Positions 20,501-30,043 of a stretch of 64,000 nucleotides of DNA are shown in pieces. Source of the stretch: Limisphaerales bacterium (GTDB lineage: Bacteria; Verrucomicrobiota; Verrucomicrobiia; Limisphaerales; SXQI01); assembly GCA_044226545.1 (NCBI GenBank), contig JBGAGW010000010.1, positions 73,706 through 137,705 of the forward strand. The letters run 5' to 3'. The position numbers and the translations under genes are program-made. The notes beneath the pieces are model-generated. The model was not told the origin of the DNA and ran no database searches. It was given only the letters and a program-made list of their open reading frames with translations. Position 1 is the stretch's first letter; every line of letters starts with the position of its first letter.

Positions 20501-21102
20501 TTTGGCAAGCTTTGGCTCGCGAGACGAGCACGCGCGGCCCGATCGCAACACACCACCAAACTTTCGTCGCAGTTCGGGCAGGCGAAACCTCAAGAGTCGA
20601 TCTCGGCCTGGGTGGCAAGAAAGTTGTCGGCCGGGTGACGCTCAAAGGCAGCCCGGAAAACTTCGATTGGAAACGCGATCTGCAACGGCTCGAACCGAAG
20701 CCACCCATTCCGAATCGTCCATTACAAAAAGATTTTGCGGACATGAAAGCGTGGGGTGCCGCGGCCCAAAAATTCGGGCAGGCGGATCGTGCCTTCTGGC
20801 AATCGCCCGAGGGATATGAGTTCGCCCGCAGCCATCGAAGTTACTGCGCAGTTTTCGACGACAAAGGAAATTTCACAATCAACGATGTTTTACCCGGCCC
20901 GTACACCTTCACCGTCCGCCTGACCGAAGAGCAAACAAGCGGGCCGCTTGGACCGTCTAAACTCCCGTTTCACGGACGCCCTATCGCAGAAGGCTTGGTA
21001 GACGTGATTGTCCCAGGCGGAGAAGGCTCTGCTACGGTGGATGCCGGCGAAATGGTCCTTGAAGCGAAACAGCCCCCGAACGGACGTGCGTCCGCGCAGT
21101 AG
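17527..21102 (+). CDS. BlaR1-like peptidase M56 with repeated carboxypeptidase-regulatory-like (Ig/transthyretin) domains
   Basis: RWRFALWYLVLARLLLP, HELAHVKR, WFNPLVW, REVACD; repeated TDAxGRF/GRVxD units; no penicillin-binding sensor motifs seen. Confidence 0.9.
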   Translation: MIMQEWFSSLTQAGGWVLKASGQASVLILVVMAVQGALRSRLSPRWRFALWYLVLARLLLPAFPESAVSIFNLAPTRSIQSMRTIQNQPTAPDPTPLTRTHTMPEPLAFPETTVEPLNESRSPAPLLPSEPASVTQARVSILQMLAAIWLAGMCALAACILLGLRGMSHRLRCSQPVEDKVILQLLEQCKARVQVRQKVRVFSSDQFQSPCLVGFLTPRLQLPGKLLQSFTEQELRLIFLHELAHVKRRDILINWLCTVAQLLHWFNPLVWFAFSRMHAHREVACDALALTAAGEQEREVYGDTIIRLLEGFTPGSTVAGSVGILEDRHQIKERIRMIARFKIASRWSLLAAPLLLVIGVLCLTDAQVSVPLATPQQTGANPLNPKMVVKVLNENGKPLANVPVQANFFTEDDWEGHDVVTDAQGFARIPQPNHPEQPIRGMNLWVVSPNHPPRVVRWNQYNIPVEYTFKLTPGKALSGLVINEKGQPVANTQVRIQGPGVQGDHDEEIQFHGRLNKMITDANGRWSCNFIPPDFKELRMILTHTNYAVTEKTLSLPAAFSEENRITLARANTIMGRVFTDTGEPVAGARIREVHNFGWRKAETKTDSEGNFILQGLRTGSTLIVVQADGRAPDGNTVDISGDVNGMEFRLKKGNRFSGRVIDQAGQPVLNVEVGIGSDNQGLKKVEFETHTDAQGRFEWNSGPDEALLFYVRGKGVRFVHDLNLGPGEHEIKVVREESDHILITGKVVDAKTGQPISEFHITIGEEWNGDMVNWTSLGTDGHAGEFKLPIGKPARYPRFVLQATAPGYFPTLSSNLTMEGGDQTIELRMPKGAPLAGTVVFSDGKPVSGTPVFLCGAHSAPYMDKPGQVQNDMEGYSTTTGTNGAFRLNPIAQQHSVVIVHPDGYLEIPVAAFEETNRFVLRPYGRVEGILFVNGKPSAGETITVSSMHYRYGLPGTPKRDFPLINIYLSATTDPSGKFVFDKVPPGDRQIWQALARETSTRGPIATHHQTFVAVRAGETSRVDLGLGGKKVVGRVTLKGSPENFDWKRDLQRLEPKPPIPNRPLQKDFADMKAWGAAAQKFGQADRAFWQSPEGYEFARSHRSYCAVFDDKGNFTINDVLPGPYTFTVRLTEEQTSGPLGPSKLPFHGRPIAEGLVDVIVPGGEGSATVDAGEMVLEAKQPPNGRASAQ

Positions 21103-21145
21103 ATTTTCCGTTGCGAACAGGTGCGCGGGCAGACCATGCTCGCGT

Positions 21146-21784
21146 ATGCGTTTTGGTTTGCTTCTCATCCTCACTGTCGCCAGAGCTCTCGCGGGCGAAG
21201 TGGTTTTTCGCGAGCCGTTCCAGAATCAATTACAGCCCGGATGGAAGTGGATTCGCGAGGAGGCCTCGGCCTGGCGGTTGCGCGATGGCGCACTGGAAAT
21301 TCGCATTCAGCCGGGCAACATGTGGGGCCCGGAGAATAGCGGAAAAAATGTTTTAGTGCGTTCGCTGCCGAACCCGGAGAATCGCCAACTGGTCATTTCA
21401 ATGATCGTCGAGCACAAGCCGACACATCAATACGAGCAGGCGGATCTAGTCTGTTATTTTGATGACAGTCACATGGTCAAAATCGGGGAGGAACTCGTCG
21501 ACGGAAAGTTGAGTATCGTGATGGGGCGCGAAGAGGATGACAAAACGCGAACGATCAAAATCGTTCCGCTGGAGCAAACAAAAGTGGAGTTGCGGTTGCA
21601 ACTGCGCGGTAACGAGGTGACGGGACAATTTCGGCCGGGCGCGACTGGCGATTGGAAAACAGCCGGCACTTGCGATCTACCCAGAAAAGGCGAGATGAAG
21701 ATCGCAATACAGTGCTACCAGGGAGCACCAAATCTGGACCATTGGGCGCGCATTCAGAATTTCTCGATCGAACGGGCGGACTAA
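21146..21784 (+). CDS. Secreted ConA-like domain protein (DUF1349 / beta-xylosidase C-terminal-like)
   Basis: Signal MRFGLLLILTVARALAG, WKWIRE, YEQADL, GQFRPGATGDW. Confidence 0.7.
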   Translation: MRFGLLLILTVARALAGEVVFREPFQNQLQPGWKWIREEASAWRLRDGALEIRIQPGNMWGPENSGKNVLVRSLPNPENRQLVISMIVEHKPTHQYEQADLVCYFDDSHMVKIGEELVDGKLSIVMGREEDDKTRTIKIVPLEQTKVELRLQLRGNEVTGQFRPGATGDWKTAGTCDLPRKGEMKIAIQCYQGAPNLDHWARIQNFSIERAD

Positions 21785-21876
21785 AGGCCGAATAGGTGTA
21801 GCTCGATTGATCGACAGCCGTCGAGGTAATGAGCGAGACCTATTTCAGAGCGGAGGACATCCGAGTAATCAAGCCC

Positions 21877-23049
21877 TTAGTTTAATAGAATGCGCTGCCA
21901 GTGCTCGATGCGATTCTCGAGCCCGATCTGCCGAAGATAGTTCATGTCGAGACGAGAGGCTCGGGGATTGGAGGGTTCGAGCGCCTGCGCGACATGAACC
22001 GCAGTGACAGCGGAGAAACCGGGCGCGGAGATTGTGTCGAGCGAATGATGTTGTTCGATCGTTTCAACGACCGTTTCGGGCAATCCCCACAGGCCCAACA
22101 AGTACGCACCGACCTGGGCATGAGTCGCTCCAAACACTTCCTGCTCCACCTGGAAAATCGGCATCTGTTCACGGCGGCTGCGTTGAACAACCCGGGTGTA
22201 ATCCGAATCAGCGTTGGCAGCCATGATCAGCTTGCCGATGTCGTGGAGTAGTCCGCTGATGAAGGCGGCATCGCACTGCTCACGCGACAGGCTTTCGAAT
22301 TCGGCGAGTTTGCGTGCGCCGTGTGCCGTGAGCAGGGAGTGATTCCAAAGTTCCGTAGGCGATAGACTCTTGATCGAACGCTCCTGGTAAAATTTGAAAG
22401 CGTGCACACAAAGGACAATCCCGCGCAGAACCTCCACTCCGATCACCTGGACTGCTTCCAGCGGCGTGACGATTCTCTGCGACATTCCGAAGTAGGCGGA
22501 ATTGGCGATTTGCAGAAGCTTCACCGTGAGGCCGGCATCCTGCTGCACGATGTCCGCCATTTCCTGCAACGAGCTAAAAGGGGAATTCAGTGCCTCGGTG
22601 AGTTGTAAATAAAGACGAGGTGCGGTGGGTAATGCGCCAAGCCCAGAGATGACCTTCTTCAATTTGGCGGTGCCCACTTGATGTTTGAGACGGCCAATCC
22701 GTTTCAAAATAGTGGCAAGGTTTGAAAGATCGATCCTCTTGTTGAAGTAGCGGTGACCGAACATCAGGCACTGCGCAACCGTGAGCTGATCGTCATACGC
22801 GGAAATGACGATGCGCATCGATTCGGGATGTTCGCGGGCCACTCGAGTCATGAATTCGTGCCCGTCCATTTCCGGCATAACCAGATCGGACACAACGATA
22901 TCAACCGGAGTATGCGCCAGAAATTCCAGCCCTTCCTGCCCGCTGGCGGCAGTGAAGACCTCGTAATCATTTTCGAGAGTTGCCCCCAACATCGCGTAGT
23001 ACTCGCGCATCAGCGGCTCGTCATCGACAAATAGAATCCGGCTCCGCAT
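21877..23049 (-). CDS. Response regulator with HDOD output domain
   Basis: ILFVDDE, VSDLVMP, QDAGLTVKLLQIANSAYFG, GLLHDIGKL, THAQVGAYLLGLWGLP. Confidence 0.92.
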   Translation of the reverse strand: MRSRILFVDDEPLMREYYAMLGATLENDYEVFTAASGQEGLEFLAHTPVDIVVSDLVMPEMDGHEFMTRVAREHPESMRIVISAYDDQLTVAQCLMFGHRYFNKRIDLSNLATILKRIGRLKHQVGTAKLKKVISGLGALPTAPRLYLQLTEALNSPFSSLQEMADIVQQDAGLTVKLLQIANSAYFGMSQRIVTPLEAVQVIGVEVLRGIVLCVHAFKFYQERSIKSLSPTELWNHSLLTAHGARKLAEFESLSREQCDAAFISGLLHDIGKLIMAANADSDYTRVVQRSRREQMPIFQVEQEVFGATHAQVGAYLLGLWGLPETVVETIEQHHSLDTISAPGFSAVTAVHVAQALEPSNPRASRLDMNYLRQIGLENRIEHWQRILLN

Positions 23050-23238
23050 CCCAAACCCTTATCGGCGGATTTGCAGGTGCTTTGAAGAGCCTTCCATACC
23101 GGTCGAACTTTAGGCTTGGTCATTTGTCGCGGCAGAAAGAACCCTTTCCGTGCTCAGGACGGACGGCTCGGGATGGGAAACTGAACGGGCCTGGAAATGT
23201 CTCCAGGCCCGCGCAAATAGGCAATGCTCGACCTATTC

Positions 23239-24069
23239 CTACTTAAGCCGGTGACCATCGTAGGTCCATTGAATGTCTGGGCGACCCGGATCGCCAGCTT
23301 TGGTGCCGGTGTTGGTGCAGGCGTAGGAATATTTGAAATACGCAGCATGACCATCCCCAAAAACCAAGTCCGCGCCAGCGCTGTGCCGCGAAGAAAGTCG
23401 GGTCGTCGTGCAATGCGAAACCCCGAGTTCGTGTTCCGGACGCGTGCCGTAAAATGGCAGTTCAGACGAATGCGTGCGCACATCGGAATACATCACGAGC
23501 GCTGAGGGGTTCTGAATGATCGTGGCGGAAAGGGGCGTGTTCGTGTCAGTGCCATCTCCGATCTTGTGGTTCATCCCGAAGTTGAACACCACCCGGTCCA
23601 GTGGATCCAGTTCGGGATTTTTCACATTCGCCGCGGGACAATTCAGGACTGACTTCCCATTGACGAATTCTGCGGGATTGGCGGAGTAGGCCGCGAGAGG
23701 CTTTTTGGAAAGGGAGGGCGGAAGAGCGTTGAACCACGCGTCATTGCCGGCGCCCGCGGCCGCGATGGCCCCGAGATCGCGCCAGGTTGGATAATCCTGA
23801 TCGTAACCGGAAGGAACGCCGGGGGAGCCGTTGGCGATTCTAGCCACCGGAATGCGCTGGTTATTCTCATCGTGATAAATTAGCTCGGCGAGGCCGAGTT
23901 GCTTCAAGTTACTCAGGCAGACGATCTGATGTGCCTTTTGTTTTGCTTTGGCCAAAGCCGGCAGGAGCATGCCCGCGAGAATGGCGATGATGGCGATGAC
24001 GACGAGGAGTTCAATGAGCGTGAAACCGTTCGTCCGCAGTCCATCACGTTTCAGATTCGATTTGTGCAT
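23239..24069 (-). CDS. Prepilin-type N-terminal cleavage/methylation protein with H-X9-DG motif (DUF1559-like)
   Basis: [49 protein letters not shown]. Confidence 0.93.
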   Translation of the reverse strand: MHKSNLKRDGLRTNGFTLIELLVVIAIIAILAGMLLPALAKAKQKAHQIVCLSNLKQLGLAELIYHDENNQRIPVARIANGSPGVPSGYDQDYPTWRDLGAIAAAGAGNDAWFNALPPSLSKKPLAAYSANPAEFVNGKSVLNCPAANVKNPELDPLDRVVFNFGMNHKIGDGTDTNTPLSATIIQNPSALVMYSDVRTHSSELPFYGTRPEHELGVSHCTTTRLSSRHSAGADLVFGDGHAAYFKYSYACTNTGTKAGDPGRPDIQWTYDGHRLK

Positions 24070-24180
24070 AATTTTCCCAATCAACGGAAGCGACTTTAAA
24101 GAGCCCGGGGAGAGCACGCTTTCGGCAGGTTGCTATTTTTTGTCTGTGGCTTGCGGCTGCAATTTGGTTGCTGGACCTGC

Positions 24181-24615
24181 ATGGATCGGGCATCCATTCC
24201 GCCGATGTTCGCTCCGGGACGGTATTTCGCGGGCTTAAACACAGGCCGAACGATCTTGTGGTGTTACGCGATCTGGTACTGTGTCAACGTATGGAACCAC
24301 TTCGATTTGCGGCCGCGACTCTGGCTCACTTCGCTCGGCTTGAGCGCGATCATCGGAATGGCGCTCGTGATCAGCACGCGCAGTTCCAGCAAGGGCCGAA
24401 CGGAACTGGACCGCTGGCAGATCTTTCGCTTGTTCCTGATGCCGTTCTGCGTCTCGAGCTTTTCCGCGCTGGTGAAGGATGCCGGTTACGTCCTCGTATT
24501 CCCACCGACGTTGCACGAGAACCTCCTGGGCGTGGCGCTGATCGGCGCGTTCATCGCTTTTGTCCAGATGTTGAAAAAGATTAAACGCGTTGAAAAGCCG
24601 CTGTTCAAAAGTTAG
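24181..24615 (+). CDS. Hypothetical membrane protein (about 4 TM)
   Basis: Hydrophobic ORF (ILWCYAIWYC, LFLMPFCVSSFSAL) co-directional with the rhomboid; start uncertain. Confidence 0.65.
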   Translation: MDRASIPPMFAPGRYFAGLNTGRTILWCYAIWYCVNVWNHFDLRPRLWLTSLGLSAIIGMALVISTRSSSKGRTELDRWQIFRLFLMPFCVSSFSALVKDAGYVLVFPPTLHENLLGVALIGAFIAFVQMLKKIKRVEKPLFKS

Positions 24616-24626
24616 TGTGAACGGCG

Positions 24627-25496
24627 ATGTTGGAAGACCGCCCTTACATGCGAGGCCCCAGCTTCGGATCGAACCGGTCCGTCACCACAATCATGGTTAC
24701 GGCCCTGGCGGTCTGCTTCGTTATCCAGTCCATTCTGCTGTCTTACAGTGAGGCGGGTTCCAATCTGATCGGGCAAATGGTCCTGACCCGCGCGGCGATC
24801 GCGAAGGGCCACCTCTGGCAATTGCTCACGTTTCAGTTTCTGCATGCCGGATTCCTGCACGTGTTCTTCAACTGCCTAACCCTTTACTTCTTCGGCAGGG
24901 CGCTGGAAGTCACTCTGTCGACGCGGCACTGGCTGGCCACTTACTTTGGCGGCGGGTTGGCGGGTGGATTGTTGCATGCGGTTGGGAATCTCGTTTTGCC
25001 GTACAATTTTCCTGGCGCCGTTGTGGGCGCATCTGCCGGCATCGCGAGTTTATTAGCCGCCTTCTCGTATTTTTATCCGCAACAGGAAATCAATCTCTGG
25101 TTCATCTTCCGCTTTCCGGCGAAATTCTTCTTCATTCTGGCGGTAATTCTGTCGCTCTTTTTTGTTTTAGTGCCTGCGGCGGGTGCTGGGGTCGCGCACG
25201 GTGCGCATTTAGGAGGATTACTCTTCGGCTATGCCTACGCCCGCTGGCTCATTCACTGGAACTGGAAACTGCCGAACCTGAACTTATTCCGTCGGCCGAA
25301 GGTTTTCGTCCATACGCGGCAGCCGTCCGCCTGGCCCACGCAGAAACGCGAGAAGTTCGATTTGCCTTCGGATGAGTTCATCAGCCGCGAAGTCGATCCG
25401 ATTCTCGACAAGATTTCCGCTCACGGAATTCAGAGTCTCACGGAACGCGAGCGGAAGATTCTGGAGGCAGCGCGCGCTAAAATGGCACGGCGTTAA
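24627..25496 (+). CDS. Rhomboid family intramembrane serine protease with C-terminal DUF6576-like tail
   Basis: HAGFLHVFFN, GASAG, AHGAHLGG, EVDPILDKIS. Confidence 0.92.
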   Translation: MLEDRPYMRGPSFGSNRSVTTIMVTALAVCFVIQSILLSYSEAGSNLIGQMVLTRAAIAKGHLWQLLTFQFLHAGFLHVFFNCLTLYFFGRALEVTLSTRHWLATYFGGGLAGGLLHAVGNLVLPYNFPGAVVGASAGIASLLAAFSYFYPQQEINLWFIFRFPAKFFFILAVILSLFFVLVPAAGAGVAHGAHLGGLLFGYAYARWLIHWNWKLPNLNLFRRPKVFVHTRQPSAWPTQKREKFDLPSDEFISREVDPILDKISAHGIQSLTERERKILEAARAKMARR

Positions 25497-25505
25497 GTTG
25501 CTAAT

Positions 25506-26753
25506 TCACCGCTTCGGGCGTGGTGAATTTTCCACCAGTGCCAGAGCCTGCGTGATATAATCCTCACCGGCCATTTCACCGAGGGACGTGCGCGAGACAT
25601 ATTCGTAACGTTTGAAGCTGTTGAAATCGACCTTGGTCAGCATGTAGCCAAACGCATCGTTGGTGAGACCAAAGAGGAAGTTGTGCTGGCCATGCATCTT
25701 CCGCTTAACATAGTAGCCAATATTCGGCAGCGCTTCGCCGGGAATCGACAGGATTTGGGCATTGCCAATATTGATCAGGTTCAACGTGGTCGAAACCATG
25801 TCCTCTCTTTCACTTTTGTATCCGAGAGGAGACATCTTCATGATTTGCCTCATAACCGGTGAGTCGACTTGAAATTTAATCGTGCGATTCGTGCAATAGA
25901 GTTCCGCATCGTTGGTTACCTCAGCGGACTGAACAATCCGTAACGCCTCGTCGGCGAGGAGATTTCCGATGCGCTGGCATTCCTCCCAGGTCTGAACGTC
26001 TTTGCCATCCGGGCCGCGGACGTCGGCGGTCACCATTCCACCCTGCGCACTGTTCATGAAAATGCCAACGCCGCCCCCGCGTTCGGCGATCCGATCGTAA
26101 AGAGGCCCGATCAAATCAGGGCTGACCACGCCCTGCCCCGGTCCGAGCACTTCAGGATGGACGGCGTAATTGACCAGGGTTGCGATCGGTTTACCGTCCA
26201 GCGAGAGAGTTTGCAGAACGTTGCAACGCGGATCGTAAAGTTGCGGCGCGTAGTAGTTGTAGGCGATTTTCCCCTTGGCTTCCCCGCTGTTAATCTTGAC
26301 GCGGGAAGGTTGCAAATTCGCGAGCGATTCCTTGATCGCCTCGGCCATTTTTTCGCACACCAAATCCAGGTATTTCAGGTCCGATGCGAAACGGCCCCGT
26401 TCATCCGGAAACCCGTAACAGTCGGGCGCACTGTGTGTGTGGGTCGCGCCGATCAGAATGTTCTTTCCCGGCACGCCAGATACTTTCGCGCGAACGCGGT
26501 CGCCCAGCACGGCCGGAAATCCTAAAAAATCCGAAGAAACAACCACGACGCGAGTATCGCCTCGCTCCAGCGCCAGCGCGCGAACAGTCAGGTCGCCCAG
26601 CTTGCGGCTGGCCGGATGCGAGGGGCCAATCCCGCCCGAAACGGGCAGCAGCGGATCGGGCGTGACAACCCGCACGGCAATGGCGGAGCGAAATTCCTGG
26701 GCGAGCGAGACGCACAGGGTCAGAGCGAGCGCGATCAGCAACTTGAGTCTCAT
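25506..26753 (-). CDS. Secreted neutral/alkaline ceramidase-like amidohydrolase
   Basis: LTVRALAL, ATHTHSAP, NYAVHPEV, PGEALP, GLTNDAFGY. Confidence 0.75.
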   Translation of the reverse strand: MRLKLLIALALTLCVSLAQEFRSAIAVRVVTPDPLLPVSGGIGPSHPASRKLGDLTVRALALERGDTRVVVVSSDFLGFPAVLGDRVRAKVSGVPGKNILIGATHTHSAPDCYGFPDERGRFASDLKYLDLVCEKMAEAIKESLANLQPSRVKINSGEAKGKIAYNYYAPQLYDPRCNVLQTLSLDGKPIATLVNYAVHPEVLGPGQGVVSPDLIGPLYDRIAERGGGVGIFMNSAQGGMVTADVRGPDGKDVQTWEECQRIGNLLADEALRIVQSAEVTNDAELYCTNRTIKFQVDSPVMRQIMKMSPLGYKSEREDMVSTTLNLINIGNAQILSIPGEALPNIGYYVKRKMHGQHNFLFGLTNDAFGYMLTKVDFNSFKRYEYVSRTSLGEMAGEDYITQALALVENSPRPKR

Positions 26754-26801
26754 GAGCCATTCATAGCGGCTCAACTCGCGGGAAAACAGGAGAAAAGCTC
26801 T

Positions 26802-27239
26802 CTACGTGTTGAGAATTTTCAGCGCCTTTTTCGGGTTGGAAGCGCGCAGGACCAGGACTCCCTTCTGGGCTTTCGGATGCGTGGCGCAGTAAGCGTAATC
26901 AATATTTACATCTCCCTTTGCCAACTTGTGCGCAATCGCTGCCAGCGAGCCCGGCTTGTTGTCGCCATCCACCATCAGGACTTCCGTGCTGACCACCAGC
27001 GTGCCCCGCTCCTCGAAGACGTGTTGCGCGCGAACCGGGTCGCTCAACACCATGCGGACGACGATATGATCCACGGTATCGCTGGTGCTGATTGCATAAA
27101 TATTGATCTTCTCTTCGCTGAGAGCATCGCAAAGCCGTGCGAGAGTTCCGGGCTTGTTATCGAGAAACAGGGCCAACTGGCGGGCGAGCTGAATTCCCGT
27201 CGGAGCGCTGCTGCGTTCACTTTTCGATTCCCTGGCCAT
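26802..27239 (-). CDS. Tandem ACT-domain protein
   Basis: LDNKPGTLARL and DNKPGSLAAI, NIDYAY. Confidence 0.88.
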   Translation of the reverse strand: MARESKSERSSAPTGIQLARQLALFLDNKPGTLARLCDALSEEKINIYAISTSDTVDHIVVRMVLSDPVRAQHVFEERGTLVVSTEVLMVDGDNKPGSLAAIAHKLAKGDVNIDYAYCATHPKAQKGVLVLRASNPKKALKILNT

Positions 27240-27289
27240 CGATTCCGCAGAGTCTAGTTCACTCGAAGGGCCGCCGCAATTCAGATCAC

Positions 27290-27889
27290 TCAACGCTTCG
27301 GCTTGCGCGCAATGGTGATCGTATCGAACGACTTTTCCACCGGAAAACCGCCCATTCCCAAAATTCGAAAGGTCCAGCGCACCAGCGGGTGTTGAAATTC
27401 AGGCGACTTTCCTGGCAGCGCTCGGCGATTACCGGGAAGCTCCAATGATTCGCAAACCGACTTCTCGACCACCAGCCCCGAGTCCTCCGAAAGCGCCTTC
27501 ATTCCGTCCGGAAAAATTCGCCAGCAATCAATCGGGTATTCGTGAAAAGGCCAACTCGCCGGGTTGATCGTGATCACGCAACCGCCAGGCTTGGTGACGC
27601 GCGCGAGTTCCTGCATCCAGCGCCAGATTTTGGCGACATGCTCGATCACCTGCCCAGAAAGAACGACATCGTAGCTGTCATTCGGAATGGGAAACTCATA
27701 GAGGGGCGTTTTTGGATAGGTGAGGGAAGGCGAATCGTAGATATCCAGGGTGTCCCACTGCACCTGTGCTTTGACTGTTTTCTGATAGTCGGAAGGGAAC
27801 GCACCCGGGCCGATTTCCAACACGCGCATACCGGGCGCAAAGCAATTCAACGCGTGTTTCTCAAAAAGAAGCTGGCTGTTCCTGTGCAT
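27290..27889 (-). CDS. Class I SAM-dependent methyltransferase (glycan-modifying type)
   Basis: VLEIGPG, YDVVLSGQVIEHV, RVTKPGG, HEYPIDCWR. Confidence 0.88.
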   Translation of the reverse strand: MHRNSQLLFEKHALNCFAPGMRVLEIGPGAFPSDYQKTVKAQVQWDTLDIYDSPSLTYPKTPLYEFPIPNDSYDVVLSGQVIEHVAKIWRWMQELARVTKPGGCVITINPASWPFHEYPIDCWRIFPDGMKALSEDSGLVVEKSVCESLELPGNRRALPGKSPEFQHPLVRWTFRILGMGGFPVEKSFDTITIARKPKR

Positions 27890-27950
27890 TCCGCGGAATC
27901 GATATAGAGTTTAGTCGCGTAGAGCAACACGATAACGGGAAATCCCACGG

Positions 27951-28120
27951 CTTAGTGGTCTCCGGCGCAAATACGGTGATGTTAGCGGCGAGGAATTTTG
28001 AGCTCAAGCGAGACGCGAGGAGGGCGCATATCCGCAGCGATCTGTAACCGACGAGCAACGAAGCCTGAGCTCAAAAGGACCGCCGAAAACGTTACCGTAT
28101 TTGCGCCGGAGACCACTAAG
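27951..28120. mobile_element. MITE-like element with 27-bp perfect terminal inverted repeats
   Basis: cttagtggtctccggcgcaaatacggt (27951-27977) is the exact reverse complement of 28094-28120; inner ttttgagctca/tgagctcaaaa also pair; no coding capacity. Confidence 0.8.
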
Positions 28121-29555
28121 TCGCGAGTGCGCCGCGCGCTGCGGGCGGTTGAGGCGGAACTTCAGGAACCGGAGGGCGAAACATGAATCTCCACCAGGTG
28201 GTCGCGATGCCGTGAGCGCCGACGCCTGGCCAATACCAGTAATTGAACGCGAGCCCGCAAAGAAGCGGCGAGAGGACAAACGCTCCCCAGCCAAGATTTG
28301 TATATTGAACGAGAATTGCGGCGAGGCCGAGGCTCGAAAGATTCGTAATCACCTGCGCCCACATCGAAGGAATCCGGTTCTCCGTCGAAATCAGCGTCGT
28401 CCAAAAACCGTAATGCATCTCCAGGATCGAATAAGTCGCCAACAACACCAGCCAGGGCCAGGCCAGCAGATGTTTGTCCGGGGCGATCCATTTCAACAGC
28501 GGCCTCCCGAAAATGATAAAGAATGCCGCGAGGCCGGCATAAGTTAGAAATTGCAGCCAGAGCCTTGGCCAGATGAGTCGTTGGGTAGCCGTGAAATGAT
28601 TCTCGGCGCGTTGCTGGCAAATAAGCGGCCATTTTACGAAGGTCCACACAGACGCCATGCTGATACACACCGTAAAAAGCACCTGGTAGGAAAAGTGATA
28701 GGGTGCAACTTCCTCGACGCCCCACTTTCGTGAAATGATCAGTCCGGATCCGACCATCATCACGTTGACGCTCATCAAAATCAAACCCAGGCGCCAAGCG
28801 CTCGGCCAGACCGTGCGCATCAATTTACCCACGTCGGTAAAATCCATCGCCACGCCCGCGGGCATGTTGCGGCGCAAAAAAGCGCGCGCCAGCAAACGCT
28901 GCAAAACTCCCGTGAACAACGTCGCAATCGGAATCGCCAGCAAATTGAACTTTGCCAATAGCAACGCTACCGCGAGCACCAGCTTGAAAGCGTAAATGCA
29001 GGCGCTAAGCCTTGATGTGAGCAGCACTTTGTTCAGACCGCGCATAAACGCCAGCCAATATCCGGTGTAAAGTTCGAGACAGGCCGACACCACCGTGATT
29101 CCCCACGCGGCCCACGCCACATGTGGCTGAGAAGATTTCTGAAAATCGGGGAACAACAGGAGTGTTCCGAAAACGCCGAGAAGAATCAGGATGGTCAGCG
29201 AAAGCAGATGGTAAATCCGCTTTGTGACCGCCAACAATCTTCCGAGGAGAACGACGTTCGGCTGGGTGTTTCCACCTTCTACCGTGGCAATACCAACTGC
29301 CTGCAACTCGGTCACACCGCGCATCGCGTAACCCACAAAACGGGAAACCGTCAGCGCGAACATTTGGTCGAAAGTCACCAGAAATCCTGTGAACTGGATG
29401 AACAACGAATAGATTCCAAGGTCCGGCTTCGACAGCATTTTCCAGAGAAGTGGAATCAATAAGAGCCCGGCCGCGAACCGGAATGCGTTGAAGATCCATG
29501 TCCAGAAGACCGCGGTGTTCCAGACGCGGATGATTAGCGGTGCGATACGGCTCAC
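28116..29555 (-). CDS. Polysaccharide flippase / Wzx-like exporter
   Basis: About 12 hydrophobic segments in the MATE/Wzx pattern (RFAAGLLLIPLL...DLGIYSLF). Confidence 0.8.
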   Translation of the reverse strand: MSRIAPLIIRVWNTAVFWTWIFNAFRFAAGLLLIPLLWKMLSKPDLGIYSLFIQFTGFLVTFDQMFALTVSRFVGYAMRGVTELQAVGIATVEGGNTQPNVVLLGRLLAVTKRIYHLLSLTILILLGVFGTLLLFPDFQKSSQPHVAWAAWGITVVSACLELYTGYWLAFMRGLNKVLLTSRLSACIYAFKLVLAVALLLAKFNLLAIPIATLFTGVLQRLLARAFLRRNMPAGVAMDFTDVGKLMRTVWPSAWRLGLILMSVNVMMVGSGLIISRKWGVEEVAPYHFSYQVLFTVCISMASVWTFVKWPLICQQRAENHFTATQRLIWPRLWLQFLTYAGLAAFFIIFGRPLLKWIAPDKHLLAWPWLVLLATYSILEMHYGFWTTLISTENRIPSMWAQVITNLSSLGLAAILVQYTNLGWGAFVLSPLLCGLAFNYWYWPGVGAHGIATTWWRFMFRPPVPEVPPQPPAARGALAT

Positions 29556-29654
29556 TGGCCGAAATCCTTCCCGAAAACCGACAAGGGCGCCAATGAAAAG
29601 CCTATTCCGCCTCGAAGCGAAAACCGCCGCATTCTCAAGCGAGCGGACGAAGGT

Positions 29655-29939
29655 TTAGCGTGTTGTGCCTGCTGAATTCGTTGAGAGCGTGCTGGCTTGC
29701 GGAAGCGTCGCAGCAGTCGCGTTGGTGTCGGTTGATTCGCCGAATCTGCTCATCGCATGCTCCGACTCTCTCGCGCTCTGTTTCGGGTTGCTGACCGCTG
29801 AATCCTTGGCCGCCTGCGCGGGCGCGCCCGTCGATTCCGTTTTGGGGGTGCCTGTTTCTCCTCCCATGGTGCCCGGTTCGTTTCGTCCGCACCCTTCTGT
29901 GATTGCGAGTAACACCGCCGAGAAAAAAACTTCCTTCAT
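29655..29939 (-). CDS. Small putative lipoprotein, low complexity
   Basis: Hydrophobic leader ending TEGC, Thr/Ala/Ser-rich body. Confidence 0.55.
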   Translation of the reverse strand: MKEVFFSAVLLAITEGCGRNEPGTMGGETGTPKTESTGAPAQAAKDSAVSNPKQSARESEHAMSRFGESTDTNATAATLPQASTLSTNSAGTTR

Positions 29940-30043
29940 GTGGAAAATTACCCGCTGCGCAAATCAAACCTAGAGCCGTCTTTCCGAAAAACTCTTCAGA
30001 GATTTGCCGGATTGGCGGTATCGAACGACGCGACACTGCGTCG

